Assembly: GCA_030646995.1 (NCBI GenBank)
Contig: JAUSKF010000001.1
Location: 5,700 to 69,699 of the forward strand
DNA: 64,000 nt
DNA from: a bacterium
GTDB taxonomy: Bacteria; Patescibacteriota; Minisyncoccia; UBA6257; WO2-44-18
Direction of reading: 5' to 3'
Shown: in pieces, positions 17,621-26,778 of the stretch
Numbering within the stretch: position 1 is the first letter of the stretch
Layout: each line of letters begins with the position of its first letter
Notes under the pieces: generated by a model
The model's database searches: none
The model's input: the letters and a program-made list of their open reading frames with translations, nothing else
Told to the model about the DNA's origin: nothing
Position numbers and translations under genes: made by a program

Positions 17621-19423
17621 TTATTCTGGCTTCTTTTTATTCAGTGATTCCCTGAGAGCATCGCGCAGGGCGCCGAGGTCTACCGGCTTTTTTTCACGGA
17701 TAATCTTTTCGGGTTTGGAATCAGCTGCCGCTTCGGAACGAAGCGGTAAATCACCAAGAGACATTGGCTTGGGCTTAGGAACGGCGGCTTGCAACTCCAC
17801 CCTTGGAGGCTCCGGCTTTGGCGCCACAGGCTTAGGCGGCGCGAGGACAGGCTTAACGATTTTAGGGGCTTCGGGCTTAATGAACTTCGGAACCAAGCTG
17901 ACTAACTTTTCCACTAAACTGGGCTTAGGAGTGGGCATAGGATCCCCCGGCCGAGTGAGTTTTACAGGCTGAATATCGGAAAACGCCGGGCGGGGCACGG
18001 GTTTAGCGGTGCGAAAATCTCCACCTCCGGCCGCCGGTTTGGGCCCCGAACCAAATGCATTTGGCACGGGGCGAGGCTTACGAAAGTCCCCTCCTCCGCC
18101 ACCCTCACTGCCAAATCTTTCATCGGATGGCGGTGGCACCGCCAGAAATTCTTTCGCAATCTTATCGGATACCTGCTTCAGAGGCGTGGCGTAAGTGCTA
18201 CGGGTGTGGGCAATAATCAAATCCTTATAAGAAATAGCTGGGGTAGCTACCGGAGGCAAGCCTTGAGCGGAAAAAGGGCGCGAAGAAATACCGTCAATCA
18301 TTAATTTGATATACACATTCGCCTTAGCCAAATTCACAATGTCGGTCGCCATAAAATCAGGCTCGAATTCCTTTTCTAAAAATTCCGCGTCTTCTCCTCC
18401 TACTCTGAAGGTAATAATCGTGCCGACGTTACCGAACACCGCGTCGCGAACTTTAGTATTTAAGTCGTGAGTAAGCTGGCGGATGTATTGGTGCGCCAAA
18501 ATCAGGCAGAGGCGGTATTTTCTGGCTTCAGAAAGAATGTTGGCAAAAGAATCGGTTGCAAAGTTCTGGAACTCGTCTACATATAGATAGAAATCTTTAC
18601 GGTCCGGCTCGGGAATATCCACGCGGGACATAGCCGCCAGCTGAAGCTTGGTGATAATCATTGAACCAAGCAAGGCCGAGTTATCTTCTCCGATTTTTCC
18701 TTTAGATAAATTGAAAATAAGAATCTTCCGCTCGTCTATCGCTTGGCGAAGATTAAGAGCCGATTTATTCTGACCTAAAATATTACGAACCAGCGGATTG
18801 GCTACGAACTGACCGATTTTGTTTTGAATGGCGGCCGTTGCTTCCGTTTCAAATTTTGCTGAATAACGCGCAAATTCATTCACCCAAAAACCTTTAATAA
18901 CCGGGTCTTTCAGCTGGTCTACTTTAGACTTGCGATAATCCTTGTCCGACAAAAGACGCTGAACGCCCAACATATTAGAGTCCGGAAACTCCAACATCGT
19001 GAGCAGAGAGTTGTTCAAAATGTATTCCATCCGAGGAGACCAGACGTCCGGCCATATTTTCTTGAACACACCCATCAGACCTGAAGCCACTAAATAACGG
19101 AACTCATCTTGTACCTGCTCAAGCGGATTAAAAGCAATCGGAAAATTAATATCAGCAGGGTCAAAATAAACCACATCTTTCACGCGGTCCTTGGGAACGA
19201 AGTCCAACATTTTTTCAGCAAAGTCTCCGTGCGGATCCATCACGCCCACGCCGTGGCCGTTGACCATATCGGAGATAACCATGTTTTCGAGTGTGGTCGT
19301 CTTGCCCATACCGGTCTTACCGATGAGGTACATATGCCGACGGCGGTCATCAATTTTGATGCCGAACTTAGTGGTCGCACCGCGGAAGTTAACTTGCCCG
19401 AAAATGTTTATATCTTTAGCCAT
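17621..19423 (-). CDS. P-loop ATPase of the FtsK/HerA/TraG (type IV secretion coupling-protein-like) superfamily with a Pro/Lys-rich C-terminal tail
   Basis: Walker A LIGKTGMGKTT, Walker B LYVDEFQNF, arginine-finger region ARKYRLCLILAHQ; 600 aa; no N-terminal TM. Confidence 0.55.
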   Translation of the reverse strand: MAKDINIFGQVNFRGATTKFGIKIDDRRRHMYLIGKTGMGKTTTLENMVISDMVNGHGVGVMDPHGDFAEKMLDFVPKDRVKDVVYFDPADINFPIAFNPLEQVQDEFRYLVASGLMGVFKKIWPDVWSPRMEYILNNSLLTMLEFPDSNMLGVQRLLSDKDYRKSKVDQLKDPVIKGFWVNEFARYSAKFETEATAAIQNKIGQFVANPLVRNILGQNKSALNLRQAIDERKILIFNLSKGKIGEDNSALLGSMIITKLQLAAMSRVDIPEPDRKDFYLYVDEFQNFATDSFANILSEARKYRLCLILAHQYIRQLTHDLNTKVRDAVFGNVGTIITFRVGGEDAEFLEKEFEPDFMATDIVNLAKANVYIKLMIDGISSRPFSAQGLPPVATPAISYKDLIIAHTRSTYATPLKQVSDKIAKEFLAVPPPSDERFGSEGGGGGDFRKPRPVPNAFGSGPKPAAGGGDFRTAKPVPRPAFSDIQPVKLTRPGDPMPTPKPSLVEKLVSLVPKFIKPEAPKIVKPVLAPPKPVAPKPEPPRVELQAAVPKPKPMSLGDLPLRSEAAADSKPEKIIREKKPVDLGALRDALRESLNKKKPE

Positions 19424-19474
19424 TGTAGGATATTTTACTATTTAAAAATTTAAATATTTAAACATGGGATGAGT

Positions 19475-20734
19475 TCATTCGACAGGAAGACCAGCCGGAG
19501 GCTCGCCCTTCTTAGCGCCAAGCCGACGTAGTAACGGCGCTTCAACCACGATACTCGGGAAGTGATAAATAGTAGCCAACTCTTCGATATTCAAAATCGA
19601 AGTCCGCCTTGGCCAGTACAAACGCTTAAAAGACTCCCACATCTTACGCTTCTTATACCAAAGTCGGGTTTGTTTGAAGAGTTTCACGTTGCCGCGGATT
19701 AAAGTCATTGTATCCACATTCGGCCGAAATCCATTCAGATTTTGAGTGCTGAACTGATGAAAGGTCGCCATCACCGAACCGATATGGGAACGGGTAAACT
19801 TCTCGCGCTTATCAATAAAAACGAACCGAACATTAGTTTCAAATCCGAGCTGGCTAATCTTTTTTTCAATCGCCTCCACCACGTCTTTTTCACCGCCAGT
19901 CATTGCTACTAATTTATTAGATTCTTCTTTTTTCACTTCTTCCGCCCAAACCGGAGGCCGCGCCGGAGCGTGAACGAAATTCATAAAAAATTCATGGACG
20001 ACGCCGGCAAAAGTTTTCGGCGTGGGTTTTTTCCGGCCCACTAGTTTATCTCGAAGCGCCTCCGCTTCTTTTTTCCAGCCGTTGCCGGTCGGACTCACGA
20101 AAATCTGAATAGCAATCATCTCATCGTTTTTCAGCTTAGACATTACTTCGGTAATAGCCGCAATCGGGTCCAACCGCCGCTCGGGCGCTATCTCTTCAAA
20201 ATATTCATAAGTTTTTATCGGGTAGGCATTCTCACGTATCAAATGATAATCAGTGCCCCAGATGTCGTAAGTTTTATTCGGCAGAGTGCGCGGAAAAATA
20301 TCCATATAATCAGGAACTTCGTGCACCTCCGCGTCGGGATATTGAGCGTAAACTGCTGATTCCACAATATTTTTATAACCATTGGGGGTGCGGATATAGA
20401 AATGAACCCCTCCAGCAAATCCAACCAACTCAAAAGATATCCAGTCTTCACGCAAATGCCCTTCCAAATAAATTTGAAACAAACGAAAATCAAAAGAATA
20501 GATTCCATAAACCGCAGAAAAAATCTGCTCCATAGCTTTGGGGGTTTTCTCAATACCGGCCGGGATTTTCACTTCCAGCACCACCCAATTCATTGTCTTC
20601 AGATAACTAACGAAGATGTAGTACATCCAAAGCTTCCAAAAAACGTAAAATAGGGCGACGGGAAGGATTGCCCACCAAGCAACGGCAATAACCGAAAAGA
20701 TACTATTTAAAATTCCTGTAAAAAATTCAGGCAC
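19475..20734 (-). CDS. Hypothetical membrane protein encoded directly upstream of the T4SS-like ATPase gene
   Basis: 419 aa; N-terminal TM helices then a large soluble domain; likely in an operon with the ATPase. Confidence 0.45.
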   Translation of the reverse strand: MPEFFTGILNSIFSVIAVAWWAILPVALFYVFWKLWMYYIFVSYLKTMNWVVLEVKIPAGIEKTPKAMEQIFSAVYGIYSFDFRLFQIYLEGHLREDWISFELVGFAGGVHFYIRTPNGYKNIVESAVYAQYPDAEVHEVPDYMDIFPRTLPNKTYDIWGTDYHLIRENAYPIKTYEYFEEIAPERRLDPIAAITEVMSKLKNDEMIAIQIFVSPTGNGWKKEAEALRDKLVGRKKPTPKTFAGVVHEFFMNFVHAPARPPVWAEEVKKEESNKLVAMTGGEKDVVEAIEKKISQLGFETNVRFVFIDKREKFTRSHIGSVMATFHQFSTQNLNGFRPNVDTMTLIRGNVKLFKQTRLWYKKRKMWESFKRLYWPRRTSILNIEELATIYHFPSIVVEAPLLRRLGAKKGEPPAGLPVE

Positions 20735-20759
20735 AAACTAATTATACCACTCTACTTAG

Positions 20760-20830
20760 TTTCTATATGTCTGGTACACGTACCATCCTACACATGCCCC
20801 TATAAGGGTTATGTGTGGGACACGTCCCGA
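20760..20830 (-). promoter_or_regulatory. Promoter region carrying motif A (TCTATATGTCTGGTACACGTA) and a half-site of palindromic motif B (GGTTATGTGTGGGACACGTCCC)
   Basis: Same motifs recur upstream of other genes at fixed distances (see findings). Confidence 0.4.
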
Positions 20831-20833
20831 CTA

Positions 20834-21841
20834 TTAGGCTAAAATAGAATAACGACCATCATCCAAGCGCTTAAAATTCTTGCGGTTCTGCAAGTTAATC
20901 AAGACGGTATTTTCCTTGAAAAGACGCTCATTCAAAACCTTCTTCACTACCTCTTTGGCGCTCAAAGGACCGTGCTGTTTCAAATAGTGAGCGATGATTT
21001 CGCGGGCGGTTCCCGGAGTAACACCAAACTCTTTCAAGGTATAAGTTCCTTTGCCAACCAGCACAAAGTTCTCGTCTTTAATTAATTCATTGTGAACGGT
21101 CGGAGCGTGGGCCGGTTTATTGCGCAATTTGGTAACTGCAACGGCGATATCATTGAAATGCAACGGCTTCTGCTCTTTCTTCAAAACCAAGTACGCCCAA
21201 TCTCGGGCGGTCTTAGGATTAATTTCCGGCCAGTCAGACAAGCCAAGGTCTCCGTAAATATTCATTGCTACTTTCTTGGAAATAGCAGCGTAATTGCGGG
21301 CAGTCGCTTCATTTAATCCAGAATTCTTAGAGACAGCCGCAAAGCTGGCAGAAAAATCACTTCGGTCGGCGATTTTCACCAAAGAACCGATAAAGCCAAC
21401 GGCTTTCTTCTGATCGGCTTCGGTCAGATACCAATACGGGAAAAAATCCTTGTCATCCTTGGAGAAAGAGAACTTGGCGCAAATCTCCAGCAAGAACTTA
21501 ACGCGGTTTGCCTGTTCCGGAGTAATGTTGGAGGTCTTCACTAAATCCCCAATCAACAAATCTTCACGCTTCAAACCACCGGCGCTTTTTAAAACGACGC
21601 TGACATTTTTTACAAATTCAGAAAATTCGGAATTACCAGTCTTCTGGCGGGAAGCCTTAAGAGCCAAAGCTTCAATCTGACGAACGCGCTCCCGAGTCAA
21701 GCCATACTGGCCGCCCAATTCCGCCAACGTCAAAGAATCAGCTTTTACTAAGCCGTAGCGACCTTCTAAAATTTCTTGCTGCCGATCGTTCAAGCCAGCC
21801 AAACAAACTTTTATTAAACTAGATAATTTGGGAACCTCCAT
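20834..21841 (-). CDS. Hypothetical protein with an N-terminal sigma-70 region-4-like HTH
   Basis: LNDRQQEILEGRYGL...LTLAELGGQYGLTRERVRQIEALALKA resembles sigma-70 region 4; the rest is uncharacterised. Confidence 0.45.
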   Translation of the reverse strand: MEVPKLSSLIKVCLAGLNDRQQEILEGRYGLVKADSLTLAELGGQYGLTRERVRQIEALALKASRQKTGNSEFSEFVKNVSVVLKSAGGLKREDLLIGDLVKTSNITPEQANRVKFLLEICAKFSFSKDDKDFFPYWYLTEADQKKAVGFIGSLVKIADRSDFSASFAAVSKNSGLNEATARNYAAISKKVAMNIYGDLGLSDWPEINPKTARDWAYLVLKKEQKPLHFNDIAVAVTKLRNKPAHAPTVHNELIKDENFVLVGKGTYTLKEFGVTPGTAREIIAHYLKQHGPLSAKEVVKKVLNERLFKENTVLINLQNRKNFKRLDDGRYSILA

Positions 21842-21960
21842 ATTTTTTATTGGTTTGATATTACCACACTCCTACTTGAGGGTCAAGCCACACAAGCTGT
21901 GTAAAAATACCTATTTTAAATTCGAGTGAATTCTATCACACTACCCCTTTAGAGTCAAGC

Positions 21961-22842
21961 CTAGGCCTTTCCCCGCCAAAGAGTCAAAAGTGGGCTGGCA
22001 ACGAAGATAGAAGAATAAGTGCCGAAAGCGGTACCCACGAGGATCATTAATATGAAATATTGAAGAGTGGCCGGACCGAGGAAATAGAGGGCTATTAAGG
22101 TCAAAATGAGCGTTAAGGAAGTATTGATGGAGCGCGCCAAAGTCTGATTTATGCTGGTATTTACTAAACCATTAAAATCAGCCTTATCGCCGCCTGAAAG
22201 TCTCAAATTTTCCCGAATCCGGTCGAAGACCACGATTGTGTCATGAACCGAGAATCCTATTACCACCAAAATTGCGACTACAAAATTAGTATCCACTTCT
22301 AAGTGAAAAAAGTGTCCCAAAACAGCAAACAATCCCGCCGGAATCAAAGCATCATGAAACAAAGTAACTAAGGTGATAATTCCGTACTTCCAAGAACTGA
22401 CGGGCTTGGATACCTTCCGAAAAGCGAAGGCGACGTATAAAGAAATGGCGAGCAGAACCAGCGCGAATGCCCAGATTGCTTTTTGCTTAAGATCCTCCCC
22501 TACCGCTGGACCGATATTTTGGAATTGCAATTCCTCGATGGGACCGTATGATTTTTCTAAGCTGTCAAAACTTTTCTGACGGTCAGCGTCAATTAATTCT
22601 TGCATTCGAATTAAGAACTGGCCTCCGTCTTGAGGGGTAACAATCGAGCTCGGGAAAAGACTGGCCAACTCTTCACGGGTCGGAACTTTTTCCGTGAACT
22701 GTAGCTGCCAAGCAACACCGCCGGAGAAATCAATTCCGGGCTTCAAACCAAAGTAGCCAACTGCCGCAACGCTAGCCACCAGTAAAGTGCCGGAAATTAC
22801 CAAGAAAACAAATTTATATTTTATGATGTTGAGTATTTTCAT
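21961..22842 (-). CDS. secF: Protein translocase subunit SecF
   Basis: 293 aa; six TM helices with the SecDF periplasmic segment; adjacent to secD. Confidence 0.8.
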   Translation of the reverse strand: MKILNIIKYKFVFLVISGTLLVASVAAVGYFGLKPGIDFSGGVAWQLQFTEKVPTREELASLFPSSIVTPQDGGQFLIRMQELIDADRQKSFDSLEKSYGPIEELQFQNIGPAVGEDLKQKAIWAFALVLLAISLYVAFAFRKVSKPVSSWKYGIITLVTLFHDALIPAGLFAVLGHFFHLEVDTNFVVAILVVIGFSVHDTIVVFDRIRENLRLSGGDKADFNGLVNTSINQTLARSINTSLTLILTLIALYFLGPATLQYFILMILVGTAFGTYSSIFVASPLLTLWRGKA

Positions 22843-22847
22843 ATTGT

Positions 22848-24089
22848 TTATTGCCTAGAAAATGCCCGTAAAATTATACGGGTTACAATAATGGCGCTAA
22901 ACATACTAACCACTACGCCCAGCAATAACGTCAAAGCGAAGCCTTTTACGAAGCTGGAAGTGAAATAATAAAGGATAATCGAAGTGAGCATCGTGGAAAT
23001 GTTGGAATCTCTAATAGATGGCCAAGCGCGGCGAAAACCCTCTTCCAAGGCGCCGGACCGCGAAACCCCTCTTGCCGACTCTTCTTTCATACGGGCGAAA
23101 ATTAAAATATTCGCATCCACCGCCATTCCGATAGACAGAATAAATCCCGCGATGCCGGCTAGAGTCATAGTGATTCCAAATAGCTTAAAGACGGCAAGAG
23201 CAAAGGCAATGTAGAATACCAATGCCAAAGAAGCCACGAAGCCCAACGAGCGGTAGTAGAGCAACATAAAGATAATGATTGCCAAAGTGCCAACCAATCC
23301 GGCTTTAATTGCTTTCTCCAAAGAGTCTATGCCCAAAGAGGCCCCGATAGTCTGCTGACTAATTATATGAATGGGGGCCGGTAAAGCGCCGGCATTAAAC
23401 AAGCTCACCAATCGCCTAACCTCCTTATGGTCCATATTTCCGCTAATCTGCGCACTGCCTCCGGAAATCGCCTCCTGCACGGTCGGATTGGAAATCAAAT
23501 CGCCATCGAGAAAAATAGCCAAAGGCTTGCCGATATTCCGCTTCGTTAAGGCCTCAAAGAGCCGGGCGCCTTCCGCATCAAAATCGATAGCGATAATGGA
23601 CTGACCGGTGGTCTGATCAGGAACGATCTGCGCTTTCTTTAAAAATCTGCCAGTCAATCCCGTCGGAATAAATTCGGCCTTCTCCTGCTCTCCTGTTCCG
23701 GTGATTCTCACCTCACGGAAATCCAGCAACGCCACCCGGCCAATCTGCTTCACTGCCTCCTCCAAATCTTTAATTCCGGCCAATTCCACGATTAATTGAT
23801 GGGAGTCTCCACGCTTGGCAGTGGTAACTCTCGGCTCACTCACGCCGAACACATTCACACGGCGCTCCATTACATCCCGCAAGCCAGACAAAACCGAGCC
23901 GCGATCTGCGGAAGCGATACCGTTCATATCCACTTCATATACAAGGTAACTGCCACCCACCAAATCCAAGCCTAAGCGCCACGGCAAAACTTGATTGCCG
24001 AATCCTTGAGGCAAAATAAAAAGCGCCGAAACTCCGGCGAGAAGCGTTACCAATAAAAGCAATAAAAGATTTTTAGTTCGAAATGGCAT
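22848..24089 (-). CDS. secD: Protein translocase subunit SecD
   Basis: 413 aa; SecD topology and conserved C-terminal TM bundle; upstream of secF. Confidence 0.8.
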   Translation of the reverse strand: MPFRTKNLLLLLLVTLLAGVSALFILPQGFGNQVLPWRLGLDLVGGSYLVYEVDMNGIASADRGSVLSGLRDVMERRVNVFGVSEPRVTTAKRGDSHQLIVELAGIKDLEEAVKQIGRVALLDFREVRITGTGEQEKAEFIPTGLTGRFLKKAQIVPDQTTGQSIIAIDFDAEGARLFEALTKRNIGKPLAIFLDGDLISNPTVQEAISGGSAQISGNMDHKEVRRLVSLFNAGALPAPIHIISQQTIGASLGIDSLEKAIKAGLVGTLAIIIFMLLYYRSLGFVASLALVFYIAFALAVFKLFGITMTLAGIAGFILSIGMAVDANILIFARMKEESARGVSRSGALEEGFRRAWPSIRDSNISTMLTSIILYYFTSSFVKGFALTLLLGVVVSMFSAIIVTRIILRAFSRQ

Positions 24090-24197
24090 ATGCGATTAAA
24101 AGTGATTTTAATTATATTATCTGCGGGATAATTTTACAAGGAATTTACTAATTTCGCGAAATGTATTAAAATGTATACTATTAAAAAGTAAGCGGAC

Positions 24198-24268
24198 GCC
24201 TCCATAGCTTAATGGTAAAGCAGCTGCCTTTTAAGCAGTTGACCAAGGTTCGATTCCTTGTGGGGGCA
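24198..24268 (+). tRNA. tRNA-Lys (anticodon UUU)
   Basis: Acceptor GCCUCCA/UGGGGGC, D-stem GCUU/AAGC, anticodon stem GCUGC/GCAGU with loop CUUUUAA, T-stem CAAGG/CCUUG with loop UUCGAUU. Confidence 0.8.
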
Positions 24269-24274
24269 CAAATT

Positions 24275-24305
24275 TTAAGACCGGCCATTAGGCCGGTTTT
24301 AAAAT
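24275..24305 (+). terminator. Intrinsic terminator after tRNA-Lys
   Basis: ACCGGCC-ATTA-GGCCGGT hairpin followed by TTTTAAAATTTTT. Confidence 0.5.
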
Positions 24306-24317
24306 TTTTGTCTTTAT

Positions 24318-24483
24318 GGAATCGAACAGCCGCACCCCGTATTGGAAGGCAGAGCACTACCCCGCGGGGTAGTGCTCGTCGGAAACCAGAAGGTGTCCGC
24401 TCCGCCAGCTGGCGGAGGGGGTCGGGGTGCGGCGAAAGTGTTCGAGCCGAGTACTCGAGGCCCTGTTCCTTGTGGGGGCACAA
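24318..24483 (+). repeat. tRNA-3'-associated structured repeat element, copy 1, ending in an 18 bp direct repeat of the tRNA-Lys 3' end
   Basis: About 85% identical to 46269-46408 and homologous to 38798-38944; direct repeat TTCCTTGTGGGGGCACAA at 24254-24271 and 24466-24483. Confidence 0.55.
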
Positions 24484-24542
24484 CGAAGACGTTAGGGGTT
24501 TTATTTTCTAAACCCCGATTCTGATGTATAATACAGGCAACA

Positions 24543-25748
24543 ATGAAGATCGCTATTATCGGCTCCGGACGCGAAGGCAAATCGGTCCTGAAGTTCTTAA
24601 AAAAAGCTCCGCAATACAGAAAGGCGGAGGTTGTTGTCTTGGACCAACAAGACGGCCCGGATTATCTGAAAGAACTTAATTCTTTCGATTTGATTTTCCG
24701 CTCTCCCGGCGTCCCCTACAACCTTCCGGAAATTCAGGCGGCAATTAAATCAGGGAAGAAAGTTTCCAGCGCGACGAAACTCTTTTTTGAACTCTGCCCG
24801 GCTAAAATCATCGGCGTGACCGGCACAAAAGGGAAAGGCACAACATCAACATTAATCTCTGAAATTTTAAAAAGATCCGGTAAAAAAGTTTTGCTCGCCG
24901 GAAACATCGGACTATCACCTCTGGAAATACTACCGAAAGTGGATGCCAAAACTCTGGTAGTTCTAGAGCTCTCCAGCTTCCAACTTCAAGACTTGGACAA
25001 ATCTCCGGACGTTGCTGTAATCACTGACATCTTCCCCGATCATATGGATGTTCATAAAGATTTGGAGGAATACCTCGCCGCCAAATCCAACATCTGCAAT
25101 CACCAAGTAAATCCTGGAGTGGTGTTTTATTTTTCCGACAACCGGCCCGGCGCAAAAATCGCTTCATTGTGCTTAGGAAAAAAGATTGCCGTGAATGCTC
25201 CGAATAACCTCAACAAGAACCGGATACTCGCCGCCGCCGTAGCCAAGCATCTGGGTTGCCAGGAGAAAGTAATCGCCACTACTCTCGAAAATTTCCGAGG
25301 GTTGGAGCATCGCTTGGAGTTGGTCACAAAAAAAGGAATGGTGAAATTTTACAATGATTCTGCCAGCACTAATCCGAATACCGCCGCTGCTGCAGTATCA
25401 ACCCTGATTGCCGAGACGCCGGTAATTTTAATCGCGGGGGGGAAAGATAAAAATTTGGATTACGCTCCTCTTGCCGATGAACTAAACAATCACCGCGACC
25501 GCATAGAAAGCTTGGTGCTTTACGGAGAGAATAAAGCTAAAATTAGCGGCTCAATGAGAGAAATTCGTTTGCCGATTGAACAGGTGCGGGACTTGAAGGC
25601 AGCAGCAGAAATCGCCTATAAAACCGCCAAGGAAATGGATTCCCCCGTAGCCATCCTACTTTCTCCTGGAGCAGCCAGTTTCGATATGTTTACGGACTAC
25701 GCAGACCGAGGTGAGCAATTTAAAAAAATAGTGCGAAAGTTGAAATAA
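24543..25748 (+). CDS. murD: UDP-N-acetylmuramoylalanine--D-glutamate ligase (Mur ligase family)
   Basis: GVTGTKGKGTTS P-loop, Mur ligase middle and C-terminal domains; 401 aa. Confidence 0.8.
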   Translation: MKIAIIGSGREGKSVLKFLKKAPQYRKAEVVVLDQQDGPDYLKELNSFDLIFRSPGVPYNLPEIQAAIKSGKKVSSATKLFFELCPAKIIGVTGTKGKGTTSTLISEILKRSGKKVLLAGNIGLSPLEILPKVDAKTLVVLELSSFQLQDLDKSPDVAVITDIFPDHMDVHKDLEEYLAAKSNICNHQVNPGVVFYFSDNRPGAKIASLCLGKKIAVNAPNNLNKNRILAAAVAKHLGCQEKVIATTLENFRGLEHRLELVTKKGMVKFYNDSASTNPNTAAAAVSTLIAETPVILIAGGKDKNLDYAPLADELNNHRDRIESLVLYGENKAKISGSMREIRLPIEQVRDLKAAAEIAYKTAKEMDSPVAILLSPGAASFDMFTDYADRGEQFKKIVRKLK

Positions 25749-25790
25749 AAATCCCTGCAGCATTGCAGGGATTTTTGTTGGAATGGGAAA

Positions 25791-26540
25791 CTAGGTCATC
25801 CAGAAACCGACAGCGTTACGACCGGCCTGCTTTCCACTTCGGCAGTTGGAGTGAAAACGAGGAGCCAGAAAATATCCCTTACAACAAGTACATTCCGCGT
25901 CCAGCTCAATCTTAGTGGGCTTAACTCCCTGTGCTACTACTTGCTTATAGATAAGCTGAATCAAATCAATAGATTTCTTTCCGGCTCTGGCTCCACGAGT
26001 GGCCTTACCGATTGGAATATCCACTGACTGATCTTTCATCTCCGGCCAATGCTCGGCGCCGTAACAACATGGCCCGATACCCATTCCAGCCCAGACCTTC
26101 ACATCGGATACATCAAATTTGAAATCCTCGAAAGCAGCTTTGATGATTCCGCGCCCTCGCTTACCCTTCGAATCAACCGCCGGCATCAGGCAGCGGAATC
26201 CGGCATGCAACACGGCAAATCTGCTCTTAGCAGGCTCGAAAATACAAACCACGGGACAATCCGCATTAAAAATTAGGCCCGCAACATAAGTCTTATCAAT
26301 TACAACTCCGTCTGCCGGCCTCTTTGTAGTGACGACTTCTGAAACAATCTTGTTGTCTTCGGCTCCCAAAGCGACTACCCGAGTAGTAAATTGGCAGCTT
26401 GGGAAAAAGATTTTTTGAGGATCATCAGGCCGGCTGCAAAAAGAAACGTCCAACAGATCCAGAAATTGGTGGGTGTCCGGCTGGTTCGGATTAAAGTCCC
26501 CCTCCTGCTTGCCCAAGAACCGATGGTGAATAGTAGCCAT
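25791..26540 (-). CDS. pgeF: Purine nucleoside phosphorylase/laccase-domain protein (YfiH/PgeF family, DUF152)
   Basis: Conserved ADCPVV and HAGFRC motifs. Confidence 0.7.
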   Translation of the reverse strand: MATIHHRFLGKQEGDFNPNQPDTHQFLDLLDVSFCSRPDDPQKIFFPSCQFTTRVVALGAEDNKIVSEVVTTKRPADGVVIDKTYVAGLIFNADCPVVCIFEPAKSRFAVLHAGFRCLMPAVDSKGKRGRGIIKAAFEDFKFDVSDVKVWAGMGIGPCCYGAEHWPEMKDQSVDIPIGKATRGARAGKKSIDLIQLIYKQVVAQGVKPTKIELDAECTCCKGYFLAPRFHSNCRSGKQAGRNAVGFWMT

Positions 26541-26651
26541 GGCTCAATCCTATTTTTAAAAATTCTACTCACAACTTACAAGAAAAAAGTTGAAAAGGCA
26601 ATTGCGCCACATCTTCCCAAAAATCTAAAAATCATTATACTTTCCAAGTAT

Positions 26652-26725
26652 GCGGTGGTAGCTTAGCTGGCCAAAGCGCCTCCCTGTCACGGAGGAGATC
26701 GCGGGTTCGAGTCCCGTCCACCGCG
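26652..26725 (+). tRNA. tRNA-Asp (anticodon GUC)
   Basis: Acceptor GCGGUGG/CCACCGC, anticodon stem CCUCC/GGAGG with loop CUGUCAC, T-loop UUCGAGU. Confidence 0.8.
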
Positions 26726-26732
26726 CATAACT

Positions 26733-26760
26733 AAAAATGACCCAATGGGTCATTTTTAAT
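26733..26760 (+). terminator. Intrinsic terminator
   Basis: AAAATGACCCAATGGGTCATTTTT hairpin with T-run. Confidence 0.6.
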
Positions 26761-26778
26761 TATGCGCTAAACCCAATG

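Noticed and set aside
17574-18194. Plus-strand ORFs of 132 and 61 aa (Gly/Pro-rich)
   Set aside because: Antisense to the Pro/Lys-rich tail of the T4SS-like ATPase.
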